Positions 39,270 to 52,500 of a DNA stretch of 64,000 bases are shown in pieces; within the stretch, counting starts at the first letter, position 1, and each line of letters opens with the position of its first letter. Position numbers and translations under genes: made by a program. Source of the DNA: Trichoplax adhaerens. Its lineage: Eukaryota; Animalia; Placozoa. The stretch is taken from positions 6,034,008 to 6,098,007 of the forward strand of contig NW_002060943.1 of the NCBI RefSeq assembly GCF_000150275.1, in the 5' to 3' direction. Under the pieces are notes generated by a model. That model did not search any database. It saw only the letters and a list, made by a program, of their open reading frames with translations, and had not been told where the DNA came from.

Positions 39270-40200
39270 TTACAATGACAATTAAATCGAAATATCATAT
39301 AAGTATTGGATCTATGGCCAAGTTGGCATTTATATGTTAACTAATTTTTTTAAATTTTACTTTCGATATTATTTATGAATTCAATGCTATACAGCAGGAA
39401 GTATAAAAAATGCAGTAGCATTGGTCACTTTAACATTTACGTTGTGGTCATCGTTTTATGTACCATTATGATTTGGAAATTAAGAAAATCAAGAAAGGCA
39501 TTTTAATCAAATTTTTCTCAAACTCTGGAAGGGCGATTTCTGATTAGGCTTATTAGAACAACTTTATAAAACTAGTAATGGCTTAAGCTACTGTTCCAAA
39601 ATAATCAGCATGGCAGTAATTTATTAGTAAATCAAATGCAGACTCTGATCGATGGCGTAAACTGTCGATAGTAAAGACAATAACTCCACTACCAATAATG
39701 ATATAGACAATCCAGAAACCGATAGCTATTCGTATTCTTTTATGTATAGCTATTCTCTTATTACTTTGAGGATAAATATTTATTATAAAACGATCAATAG
39801 CAATAACTAAAGTTGGTAATACGAACATCATATTTGTTGTTGGAGAAACAAATCTTGCTATATTATAGTCTATACTTTTGAAACATGCGTTTTTGACTAT
39901 TGCATATTTAACCATAACAATTAAAGTATATGATATTATAAAATTTCTAGGATATTTAGGTGCAATCTAGTTATATGAAAACATTATGATAAGCTTAATT
40001 TAAAAATGGTACCTAAACTCACAACTTCCATCAATTAATGAATTATGCTAATACACCGGTTAGTGTCGATATGCGACGACCCAAAAACATCATCATCTTT
40101 TCTGTACATCGAAATATAAGATGATAAATAACATTTTTATCTATGATAAGTATTATTAATGAATCCTCCTATGACACATCTCGGATCAGTAAGCAAAATA
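39270..40200 (-). pseudogene. Decayed GPCR of the same family with internal TM5-ICL3 inversion
   Basis: Minus strand: CVIGG..N (TM1), CEF (TM2), VKNACFKS..AIDRFII..YP..INYC (ORF 39583-39915), VTNATAFFIL (TM6), ANLAIDPIL (TM7), with stops and frameshifts. Plus strand 39438-39563 encodes YVVVIVLCTIMIWKLRKSRKAF*SNFSQTLEGRF. Confidence 0.88.
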
Positions 40201-40504
40201 TGCAAGCATGATAGCTGATATTTCTTAATACAGACACACAGGTATGGAACAACATTGTATTGTAATATAGAATTATTAAATTGTTTGCCATGAAAGATAA
40301 CAAGTGACCGAATAAATCAGAATAGACAGGTATTGTGAGAATTCATTAGAAACTGTTTTAGCGCCTTATCATATTAATGAAATTTTCTATTATTTATTCT
40401 TGACATTCAATTATTAATGAGATAAATTTTATAATGTTATTTACTGCAACACCGATTGTGTGTTATTATAGCTAGAGCAATCTTTACTATTACTAGTATT
40501 TAGT

Positions 40505-41548
40505 TTATCTGCAACGCTTAAATCCATTCTTTAAATTTGAACAATTTGGAACATGTTTCTGATGCAAGTGTTGCGAGATATTTTGACATCGATATATAAT
40601 ATAGGATATAGGATCAACTATACAATTTAAGTACGGAAATATATAAAAAACTCTTTGAAATCGATTAGGTTCTATGTCACTCACTATCCATTTAACCGTA
40701 GTTATTGTTATAACATAGTAACCTAATACATTAGTTAAAATAATTGAGCCAACCATTATCTCGTAACGCTTCTGTAATACTGATACAATCGATGATTGAA
40801 ACTTAGTATTTGATTTTCCTAAGTGAAATATTACTATAAGTTGTAGTAATACGACCACAGAATATAAAATCGAATTATATAATAGTATTACGAAAACAAT
40901 AATAGTATGAACTCGACTTCTTGAGCCATCAATTGTACAGAGATTTAAAAGAAATTGAAAGGTATATTGCGATCGGCTAAGTAAGCCATCAAGAGTATAT
41001 AGTACAATTAGTATTGCAAGAGTAATAAAGAAAAGCCAGAAGAAGCTCAGTAAGATCGTAACTCTCTTGATAGTTAATTTCTTATGACTGTATGGGCTGA
41101 CAATTAAAATATATCTATCGATTGAAATAAGAAATGCTAATGTAACTGACATTAACATATACATTTGAGACAAATATCTTGCTATTGTACAAGACGTGCT
41201 TGTAAACCATTCGTTTTTAACAGATATAGAAATAGAAGAATTCGTATAAGTAAATTTCAGATATCTTGTATCAACGACATCGCCAGTAACTAGAATTAAG
41301 ACATAAATAGCACCTAAGAATTCGCAAAGAAATAAATTAAATAAGAGAAATAGGGATGAATTTTTTGCTATATCATGGTTATCATGTCTACGAGATGTTT
41401 GATGCGACAGAAAATTATAGGAAGACTTATATAACATGTAAGTAATAACAATTCCAGTCGCTATTATACCAGCTATGCCTATAAACCAAGCCAACGGTCG
41501 AATGACATTAACATCAAGAAAAAGGGAGTAGTAATACAAAAAGACCAT
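40505..41548 (-). CDS. Intronless class A GPCR, LGR/GRL101-like 7TM (copy E, 347 aa)
   Basis: IRPLAWFIGIAG, SLFLLFNLFLCEFLG (E at 2.50), KNEWFTSTSC, DRY, NLC, NCIVDPISY. Confidence 0.9.
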   Translation of the reverse strand: MVFLYYYSLFLDVNVIRPLAWFIGIAGIIATGIVITYMLYKSSYNFLSHQTSRRHDNHDIAKNSSLFLLFNLFLCEFLGAIYVLILVTGDVVDTRYLKFTYTNSSISISVKNEWFTSTSCTIARYLSQMYMLMSVTLAFLISIDRYILIVSPYSHKKLTIKRVTILLSFFWLFFITLAILIVLYTLDGLLSRSQYTFQFLLNLCTIDGSRSRVHTIIVFVILLYNSILYSVVVLLQLIVIFHLGKSNTKFQSSIVSVLQKRYEIMVGSIILTNVLGYYVITITTVKWIVSDIEPNRFQRVFYIFPYLNCIVDPISYIIYRCQNISQHLHQKHVPNCSNLKNGFKRCR

Positions 41549-42002
41549 ATTGAAATAAACTGAATTTTAACTTGGTAAGATAAAATAATGAAGAGAAGAA
41601 AACTTGGCCAACTTATATACCCGATTGGAAGCGGGTCTCGATAATATTATGGATCGTAAAAGACTTAAATTAAGGTAACAACAGAAATTTTACCGGTAGC
41701 TGGTTCTGCTTAATTGATATTTGATCAGCATTGAGGGTGTTTTCCCGCATTTAACGATTATAATATTCAGCGTTTATCAAAAATATTTAGATTATGGTAT
41801 AAAATATAAATAGCAATTAAAACAAATTAATTTTTTATTTTATATGTTCTGACAAAGAAAATTGAATTAAAGCCGTTCTTTTGTTCAATTATTGTAAAAA
41901 AATAAAATCAATATACTATTACAATCTCACAGTACAGTACCCTAATATACGAGTATAATCGCAACGGTAAACTAGAATATTTAAAATCAATACTGGTGTA
42001 CC

Positions 42003-42038
42003 CGGGCGTATATAAATACGCCCGCTGAAGATATCTAG
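42003..42038 (+). mobile_element. Helitron-like 3' terminus (hairpin + CTAG)
   Basis: GC-rich 9-bp stem cgggcgtat-ataa-atacgcccg, then 10 nt, then CTAG followed by T. Confidence 0.55.
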
Positions 42039-42839
42039 TTACTCATGTATCTTACTTGCACTGTTGACTACTTTTTACTTTATGTATTCACATATTAGAG
42101 CATAATGTATATCATGTACTCGGTATGAACTGTAATGTGTGCTCATGTCACACACACACACACAAAATCTTTTATATGATATAAATTGTATAAATAAAAT
42201 CTTTCAAACCATTATTGTATTATCGATCGCTATAATTTGCAATGATACACAGTGTGAGAAATTAAGGTTCCTCAAATTTCTTATAACTTATAATCGTAAA
42301 TCAAACATAAATAGATATGCACAATACACCACGCTATGTAAATATTCGCATAAAAATCTATGAAAATAAGTAATAACGGTGTCAGGAAGTATAAAAATTA
42401 ACGCTATGGAAACGCTATTTATATGTATTCATAAATTTATGCTATCTACGACTAATTGGGTAATCAAATATTACGGTTTTGTGCTAAAAGACTGTTATGA
42501 TATCAGGTGCATGTATCCATGGTGACAGCTAAACCTGAATATCCTACTTCAGTTCAATTGGATATCCTCACGATATCTGTCGTAGATCCGGAGCAAAATA
42601 AGAGGTGAATTAGTAGAACTTTATCTATGCCTAGTTGAAAATCAATACAGTACATTGATTAGATAGTTAAACTGATCGGTAATTAAATATTTATAAAAAT
42701 TATTTCTGATACCTACCGGAAACTTATAAAACCTTCAATAAATAATGCAATAAATTATATGAAACTTTGAAGCCAATTATCACTGTGAATGACTGGTATA
42801 AGAGTAGTTACTCTGGTGTTAAAGCTTTAAGGATTTAAT

Positions 42840-43830
42840 TGATATAAAATTGAATAATAATCGATACAGGTAATATACAACTTCTTTTACTATAAATAGC
42901 GGCAATTAGTTTACAAGTATTTTTGCATGGGTTATAAGAAAAATATTAACATTTATTTGATACGTGATAAATTGCAGTTAGAAGTTATCAAAGCTTATAG
43001 CTAGACTACAAATTTTAGATAATGTCACAACTTAAACTCTGTGACAAGGAAACGTAAAGTAACAACCTATAAGTAGTTACTGACTTAAATGCCTTTTACT
43101 GAGCGTTTAACACACACTCAGCAAAGTATCGTTGTAAGACAGTGTAATATTGTATTCTAAGTTGATGATGATATATTTAGTAACGTCTACCGTAGGTGTT
43201 GAGTTCAACATGTGATAGATATTCTCGTTAGAAGCTTAAGTATTAAATATAGCTAGCTTAGTAGCTGTAATCCTTTTGAAGAGGAGCGCTACAGTGCTCA
43301 CACTAGAGCTTCACATGAAAGGTGTAAACTAGCCTGTATTTGAGATGCTAATACTGAAGTGTGTAGTAAGTAAGGTCCTAAGACTGTAAACGCAGAAAGG
43401 TATATAAGCGAGTAGTTTAGTATAGTAAGATAGTTCTTTCTCGTTAGAGGTCCTCAGCTAATCGATTACGTTATATCTTCGTAAAGGAGGTTTTGTTCGA
43501 TAAATCTTAATTTTCTAAACTTTTGAAGATTCTTGATCTATCAACCTCACAATCGTAAAGTAGAATATTTATTAGCATAGGGTGATAAAGAAATCTTCAG
43601 CAATAAATCAGGAATTACAGTTTCTTGTAAATTTCACTTTATTACATAAGTTAGGTTTATTCAACCTCTACCAAGGACTTTCTGACTGTCTGAATTATTA
43701 TAGCAAAATTCACGATTTATATACGATTAGTTACAGAATACTTTCAGCTACACAATCATATTTTGCCAATTATAACACAAGATCAGAACTAAATTTACCA
43801 TTGCGCGATACACATAGATACGACCACAAA
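42840..43830 (-). pseudogene. Possible heavily decayed LRR-protein relic
   Basis: Frameshift-tolerant reading gives NLQKFRKL/DLSNKTSFTKI (~43480-43533), LF/KGLQLLS*LYL..LLTRI (~43220-43283) and LRRCT-like SYNPCKNTCKLIAAIYSKRSCILP (42868-42939). Confidence 0.35.
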
Positions 43831-45459
43831 TTTTTTCAATTCAACTCAACTACTTTTTGATTAAAATGTTCCCGTATGCATAGCAACCGTTTAAGTTATG
43901 AAAAGCAACAATATTATTATTATACTAGAAGAGACAGCTCGAACTGAGATGCTAATTACATGGCCCTTCTATCAATAAATATTTTAAGCCATTACTCATA
44001 CTTAATCTTAATTTTAGCATGAATGCTGTCTAATTTGACTATTATAAGCTAGAACTTGAATCATCTTACTACTATCTATTCACATAACAATCAATATCAA
44101 ATATGTAATAAATTATAACAAATAATATTCGCGTTAAGGCATTACTTATCTTACCTAGCACTACAAATATGGATATCTTCCTTATTAGCTACTATTTCCA
44201 TTTAGTTCTCTTATTAAACTATAAAGACTGGCTCTGGATGATTACTATTACCTTAATTGATAATTTTGCTTCTGAAATTCGTCTAAAATAGTAATATACA
44301 GACGTTAGATCAATAATTTATCAATATTTGTTACTGAATTGAAGACCTGTATAACATGCAATGCTTCTAAACGAACTATTATAGGGAGCAAAATTTTCAT
44401 TTGAAAGTAAACACTGTACGAATGCACAATAAGGCACTGAAAGCATTCTTACAGTATAATAGTAGGTTATATTCATGATGGTATTATTAAATTAAGGATT
44501 GTTTCTGTTGCAAGCTCCATACTATCCAATCGTCCTCTAATGATGTCAATTGCTTTCTGGTAAACATCTGTGCCTAACTGATTAGCGATTTCTAATCACT
44601 TCATTGGCCAAATTTAATACTGTTCGTCGATCGGTTTATTAAACGACAATTTCGATGTACTAAACTGTGTAAATTGAGCTAAAAAGCCTTAGAGAACTTA
44701 GTATAGTATACACGTTGATCAAAAAGTTGCATGTAGGATAAAAGGTAACGTAATACCGATTACATCAGTACAGAGACTAATATCTGAAGAGTAATTTTTC
44801 TTAATATTAAGTTGCGAAGCAGTTTGATCAACGTAGGCACATTATTTCCATTTTGTATTATCTCCTTGTGTCACAACCTAGGCCTTAAGACATACCTTCT
44901 GCAATACTTCCCAATACACATGTCTAATATATAATAAAATTTTTTCACTTAAAACAATAGATCCTCTAGGCTTCATTTTTTAATCTTATGCTTTCCTGTA
45001 GTCCAAATCATTTATTGAATTATCGACTTAAATTAGCGATTATATTAAATCTTAATAACCGATAATTTCCATATAATACTATCAGATAAGCTCGTAATTC
45101 TATGGATATGGTATAGTTGTGGAAATGCTAAACATTAGGAGTTATCCACTTAATCTCTTTAATAATATAATATATATTACATTACGTATTACATATACTA
45201 TTATTACATATATTCTTGCTTTAGTTTAGTTATTGTATACTTCATTGGAGTCAGAACATATTATTACAATTTGTGTTATCTTAACAATTTAAGATTCATG
45301 ATAGCTACGATAGACATACATAAATTCAAGTGGATTTTATTCTAAGAGTTACACGTAATTAAATAAGATACAGAGCTTTCTAAGTGTTGAAATCGATGCG
45401 ATCGGTTACAAAATAATCAATAACAAGAATTAAATTGAATGTTAGGATTACCTTAATCT

Positions 45460-46539
45460 TCAAATATCTCTAAGCTCAGAACGAGCGCGAGATACTACTG
45501 CTTTGGTTTTAGAATTTGGAGCAATCCGAACATCAGCCCTTTTATTATAGTAATAACATGATGACGGATACCAGTGGTAATATTGATTGGATCGGTAGAA
45601 TAAGTATATTAACGGATTAACAGCACTATTAATATTTTTAAGAAAGTAAGAAAATACCTGAAAGTATGTGATCGTGTATGATCGAGCAGTAGTTATTCCT
45701 GCGATAAAGAGGTAGGTTAAAACATTGGTCGATAAAATTAGGCCAACCATAATTTAATATCGTCTCTCTAGATCCGCTGACATTTGCGAGCCAAATGTAA
45801 TTCTTGACTTTCTTAACTTATGTATAATTATAATGTATAAAATTACAACTGTTATATAGCAAAATAAAAAATAGAATAATATGATAAAGGATGTAACGAG
45901 ATGAATTTGTGTACGTAAATAATCAAGATCGCACATATTGATATTGATATTAGAATAGTAAGGCGTTCGAGTATGTAGACCAATAATGGTCAAACAAACT
46001 AAAGCAGTAGCTACAGTACTCGAACAAATCCACATTGCAAATACAATTACTCTACTGCTTTTAAGAGTTATTTTCTTATTATCAGATGGACGAACAGTTA
46101 AGATAAAACGATCTATAGCCATAATCAATGCTATAGTAGGTGTCATTATTTGATATGTTTGAGATATAAATCTTGCAACTGTGCATGTCAAACTCGTAAA
46201 CCACTCGTTTTCAATTAATGAATAATTAGAAATACTGGCATAATTTACTTGATAACGATTAGTAGTATATGTATCTCCAGTAGCTAATATAAAAAGATGG
46301 ATACAACCCAGGAAATCACATATAAATAAATTAAATAAAAAAAAGAGAGATGGATTTTTGACTATATCATGTTCAGGGCTGTCTGCATTTGTAGGCATGA
46401 ATTTATTCATGGATGACTTGTATATCAAATAGATGATGACGAACAGATTAGCTATTAGGCCGACTATGCCAAAAAACCAAGCAAGAGGTCGAGCAAAATG
46501 ATAGCCAAGAAAGACGGAATAGAGGCTGAAATTCGACAT
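45460..46539 (-). pseudogene. GPCR of the same family (copy F), full length with one in-frame TAA at 45754-45756
   Basis: ORFs 46539-45754 and 45750-45460 are in the same frame: ERRY*IMVGL versus paralogs RFQIM/RYEIM. Total 1080 nt, as in copies C/D; NPLIY intact. Confidence 0.88.
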
Positions 46540-49500
46540 TTAGATCAATATTATTAATCTGCTTTAGTTTTCTCGAAAGCTGTGAAAAATGAATGGAGAT
46601 CAAGTCCACAAATTGTAAATACTTCTATAAATTAGTGATAGTTGAAAATGCAACTAAGAATCAAATTGGATCTCCCATGGTATAATTTTCTTTTTTAAAC
46701 AAATGCTTGACAATTGATACAATTTCACATATTAAATAGTATTTGCATAAGCTTAATATTGATTTAAATAGATTTATTGTGAATATTTGTAATTTGTTCC
46801 TAGATTGTCAGGTAGATAGTCTTCTGATATTAGGTAGTTTGACTCAATATAAAAGTTGACTTAACAGTATAACATGTTCCCTCGCGAAAAAGCAGGAGTT
46901 CTATTAATAAATTATTGATGAAAAAAGTAATTATTCTTGCGCAATTATTATTGTTGAGGCAAGTGGAATAAAGGTTAGAAAATTAATAGCATTAGATTGA
47001 AGCTCTTTGTGTTATCTTTAAAGTACAATAGATGTGATAATTTATTTGTAGGATATGAAGACAGCAGTATTCTGCCGATTGCATCGCCTTTAATTTTATT
47101 ATCCAGATTGCACGGCAGAAAATTGGCTGTTTATTTATTATCTTCTACAATAGCAATTTGAACTCAGCTTATGGTCACCAAAACAGGCAGTTAATATTTT
47201 TAAACATTTTTCACGCTTAACCCATGTGTATGAATATTCATCACAAATAGATACGGTACTAATGCAGTAAATTAAATTATTTATAATAATTACCCAATGT
47301 AAGAGAGTAGTTTCTGTATTCCTAAATTAACTTAAATTAAAAATATAATTTCTGCTTCTGGAATTGCAAAATGTGTTATAAGCTAGAATAAATTATCAGA
47401 TACCATCATACACCTGTAATTATCGAAAAGATTTTATTTTATTGTTGATGAAAAGGAGAAAGTTATGAAAGTAACTTCTTTTCTGGATTCTATATTCATA
47501 ATTATTAGTATCCCTATAGAATTAACTTCATAATATAACAATATCACGGCAATTGTTTGCTTTTCTGGTATAGTTTTCTAAAAGCAAATTGGGCTAGCAA
47601 TTTTAAGTATATTCCTCCGACCGTTATCTAGCGAATAAAATATATACACCAAATTTAGTTCATAGTTATAAAGTATAACTTTATCCTAGACAAATATCGT
47701 ACGTTTTAGAATAAATCGCTGTTAAAGGCAATTTATTGTGTAATTAATACATACGCGTTTGTACGAAGCCATTGCAATCAATGCTTTTCCTTATGAGAGG
47801 AAGCAGAAATTGATAGATGCTACTCGAAGCTTTCTTTTGAAAATGAACAATTCTCCTTTGGATATTATATAAAACTTAAAATAATGTTTCAATGTTACCC
47901 GATAAAATGAGCAATTGGTAATACAATCAGCTATCAGGGTATAATTGTAAATGTCTATTGTGATAACATTCTAGGAAATCGAAATAATCCATTGAAGGCA
48001 GCGATCAGTTCACTGCACCTAATTAGTTAGACAAAATTGGTCATTATACCTGTCGTATGCGTGACACCTTGTAATATTACTTATCTAAAATCATTTATTG
48101 ATCAATCAGTAGATCTTATTTATACATCCTGAAGATTACTTAGTTTATAGTTTAGTAAGCTTACGGTTTTACAAGTAAAATTAGAATATTTATATTTATT
48201 AGAGCATACAGTGAAATTATGTTATACCAATAATAGTATAGAGCAATTTCACAATCTAAGAAATCTAACTTAAATTCTGATAGGTAAGGGCATCATACAG
48301 ATGTATAACAATACCACCATTCGCAAATTTTGAGAAGATATAGGCAAAATGACGTCGCGAATCGCTATAGTTTGCCATTGATTCAAAAGTAAGTTTGTAA
48401 ATTACGGTATTTTCTCGCACTTCTAAAATCTAAACGTTGATTCTGCTATTTCTAAGATAAAAGGTGACAAAGTCCAGCTGAACTTTGACATTTGCGAAAT
48501 AGAATAATGCTTCAATTGTGACTATGTGTCGGTCAGATTATTTAAAGCTTTTCTCCTAAATGTATTTTCATTATTCTTACAGTCTTAATTGATAGTCGAA
48601 AATCTTTAGTTCACTCGGGTTAGGTTAGGGAAGATATCTATTGGGAAAAATTATCATATCTTTAGTATTTTCGTTCACTATATTAATAACTGTCAATTAT
48701 AATAATTGAATTCCCAAAAATCTGTAATACTGGAAGTTTGTAAGCAGATTTCTTTCGATTGATTAAATCAAAGGAAAAACTTGAAATTAGACGAAATCGT
48801 CTACTGGAAGATAAAAATAATAATCATCTTATTTTTTAAGGTACGGATTAGTTAATTGATTGGATGGTAAACTAATTCTCATCGATGTATAAATTAATCT
48901 AGAAATTATTAAGTTATAAAGATTGTTGTCAGTCTGCGATCCGCAAGAATAGGTAATCATATTTCTAAATTTATTTATTAGCCAAGTGCTCTACTTTAAT
49001 TTATGGCTTTAATAGTAATTTGTATTATATGCAGTAAGAATGATTTTCATAGTTACTATCCAAACCCGATACCCCATGGAAAGAGTACTCAGCAGATTAA
49101 AATTCGAAGAAAGTAAAATTTCGTCGTGTATAATTGCGACTATAACATAGAATATCCATATTTGCTAACTGTGAAACAGTTACGGAATGGGTTGCACTTC
49201 AAATGTCAAACATACTTTCTACACGACATTTAATATATATTTTTTTTAGTGCTATTTACGATGATAATGTTATTGGTGAGCAGATATCATAGGGATGACA
49301 TTAGCTAGCATTCTGGCTTATGATATTGAATAGTGATATTTGTAATTGATTTGATAGACATGTTTGTTAATAATCCTTTCTAGAAATGTATAAAAGGCCA
49401 ACTCCTTGGAGCGGAAGTAGGTCGATAACCTTGAGCTAACTGTTTGTGTAGTTGCCTTATCTTAAGTTTTACTACTGTAATATTCAAAAATATGATTTTA

Positions 49501-52500
49501 GGTAATAAACTATTTTCAACCGCTACGTCGAGGGCTTGCTTCGTCATGTGATTGGATACTGCAGGGCTGAAAGTAGTACTTGATACAAATTGCCAAAGTT
49601 TACCTTTTCTAAACTCTGGTGATGGCATGGAATTAAATTCCCGCTAATGATATCAAAACTACCCTGTTTCGCTAAGAATCGCTCACGTAGACAAAAGGTT
49701 TTGATAAAATGTGTGAGGATAAACAAGCTTCAAGTAGACTTTCCTGTAAATCTCCTTTACGAACTTAGCTCTATGTAGTCTCTAGTGAGAACCGAATATT
49801 AGAATTAAAATTATTCGGATCGCTTTTCATTAACCAGCGCTAATAGTATTTATTTATGTACTTATCCACAGCAAAGCTGGTTCGCTATATTATATAGGAC
49901 TGCTAATGTTACTGTGATATAAATTATCTTTGCTACCAATAACAGAAAATTCAACTATGAATATTTTGCTGAAATCATTTGCATGTCAGGTCAAAGTTTA
50001 AAGCCCATTTGCTGTAAATGATGCTATCAGTAAACTGGTGACTTGTAAATATTTTAGTATTATTTTAATACTTAACTACTACTTGCTGTCAGAATAGAAT
50101 AATGGAAATTAAATTTAAATCATTCAAGTGCAAAGTTATTGCAGATAAACTTACTCCAATTGATTTACTATTACTATTGTTTGTCCTACAAGTAGCAGCA
50201 CAACATTCACAGTGTTGGTCGCAAAATAATTTCCTTGTTACACATTGAGATATGAAACTGAGGAGCTAAAAGCGTGCGACTTAATGATTACTAGCTTTTC
50301 TAGGAAATAATTCGTAGTCGAGCTGTTGTATCTTCAACATGTTAGAAGGGTTTTCTTTATTTGGGTTGCGATATACGGTAGATACTAAATTTTTTAAAAG
50401 TTAAAACAATAAAGAATGAGCGGTACTATTCGATTTTTCAAAATTGTTTTGGTTTTAAACTTCGTTATCCAAACATTAAGCTTGGATCCAATACATGGAT
50501 GTAGGATTGCAAAATCACCTCATATCACGTTGTCAATCAATTTTTGATTATGCCATTATATGTACCCAGAACTAAACCATATTATTCATAAGATGCTCTA
50601 CAGAAAACAAGAGGCAGTATCTTTAAACAGAAATACGATTGAATACCTCAACTGTCCTAACAGTTTTTCTTAGTCGAATCTAGAAGATTTTCTTCATCTA
50701 TCAGAAATGAGCTTTTAATATCAAAGCCATTATTAAACCATTTAAACAATAACTACGCTACTTGTTAAATCAATGTCGTGATTAGTATACTTTTCATTGC
50801 TCCAATACCATAAAATCCTTTAAAAATTTACTGATAATTGTACTCGCGTAATTATACAGTCTATTGATAATGCTCGAATTTTTGACTTAGCAAATTTAAA
50901 AGAAAATGCTTCATAAATATACTTTAACATTATCAAAGAAATAGATATTAGTAATTACCCAAAATTAATGTTGGAATAATGTAATAAGCAGTGTCTCAAT
51001 TTTATTAGCTATTTACATCCTAAAATTTTTAATTACATGTTACTATCAAAATCTTATATGGACTATAATGATATTTAATAGTATCGCAGCTATTACTTAA
51101 GTTATTTAAAGCATTAGTTTTGTTCAGTAGACACTTCGACCATGATATCAAATTGAAAACTGAAGAAATATGTAATTGATGGCATTTTGATTATCTTTTG
51201 GCTTTAATTTTTAATTTTTGATTTTATAATATTTTTTAAAAAGCGTGTATACCGTTGAAATGATAAAATATTGAACCTTTATGCAAATTTAAGTGGCAGT
51301 TGTTGAATAATACGTCGATCCTTATAGGCAGAACTCCAATTAAAAATTTTAATGAAATTTCGGTACTTAAAAGTTTCATATTAATTCACGTATCATGAAA
51401 CTACTTATATAACTAGATAATATCCGCGAAATAACACAAATCTACTCAGCCGTTACCTTTATTAAGATAACATAATATTTTAAGATAGATATCTATATAA
51501 CCAAAGAAATATAATTGTAACATCCGAACATTGTACTAAATGTTATTATCTTAGCCGTATACCAATTTATACTAAATCATTATCTTCTATGATTAAACTA
51601 GATAAAACCATAATTTCGTCGTGATAAAATTGATCACGAATTTCAAAATTTGCAAAACTTCGAAATTTATTACTTCTTTATGCAAAGATATACTGTGTAC
51701 CTCTCTACTTCAGCCAGATATAATTGTTAGGAAGATATTTATAAGAAATTACTAAGCCATCAAAAGTTACTGGCTTATATTCATTTCGTAGTATTTGCAA
51801 CTACAATCAGCTCAACAACATTCTATTAATATTTTACAGGTTGCGGTGCTATACTAGGCAACACACATATATGTGGAAATTTAAAACTTGGTATAGTAAT
51901 AGATACCGTAGTGATACTTTGCAGGCTTAAAAAAAGTTTCAGTAAACTAATTTCTCAGGTAGGCAAGTAACATTATCAAAGATATGCGTAATGTATGAAT
52001 AATTTTATGTACTATATTGCTTAACACATAAAATTGAAAAAAGGTAAAACTGCGTCGAAACTACTGCTTTAGACTACACCCGAATATTAGTTAGAACGAG
52101 GAAGAACGAATTTGCAAAAAGTGTATATAACATAGAGAATATATATGCATGGTTAATCAACCGCCTCTAATGCTCGTGTTAACTAAAATTCATTTCCAAA
52201 ATTCTCATAGAAGGAAGATAAATATTTTTATCAGATCATGGTAACGATTGCGTCTCAATTGAAACTGATCAACTATTGTATTAGAACATGAACTTAGTAT
52301 TTCTATTAAAGTGCATGATAGCTTTAATTACAAAAAATAGCTATGCCAGGTGATAATACCACTATGGAAGCAAGCTTATGCAATTGTCATGTGATTATCT
52401 TATAGAATTTAGTTCTAGTTATATCTCTTCCAACAATACGGACGTAATAGAATGAGTAATTGCGGTAGGTGTAGATATTCATGCTTGCTCATTTAATTAG

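Noticed and set aside
49380-49726. Short minus-strand ORFs
   Set aside because: No motifs or splice support.
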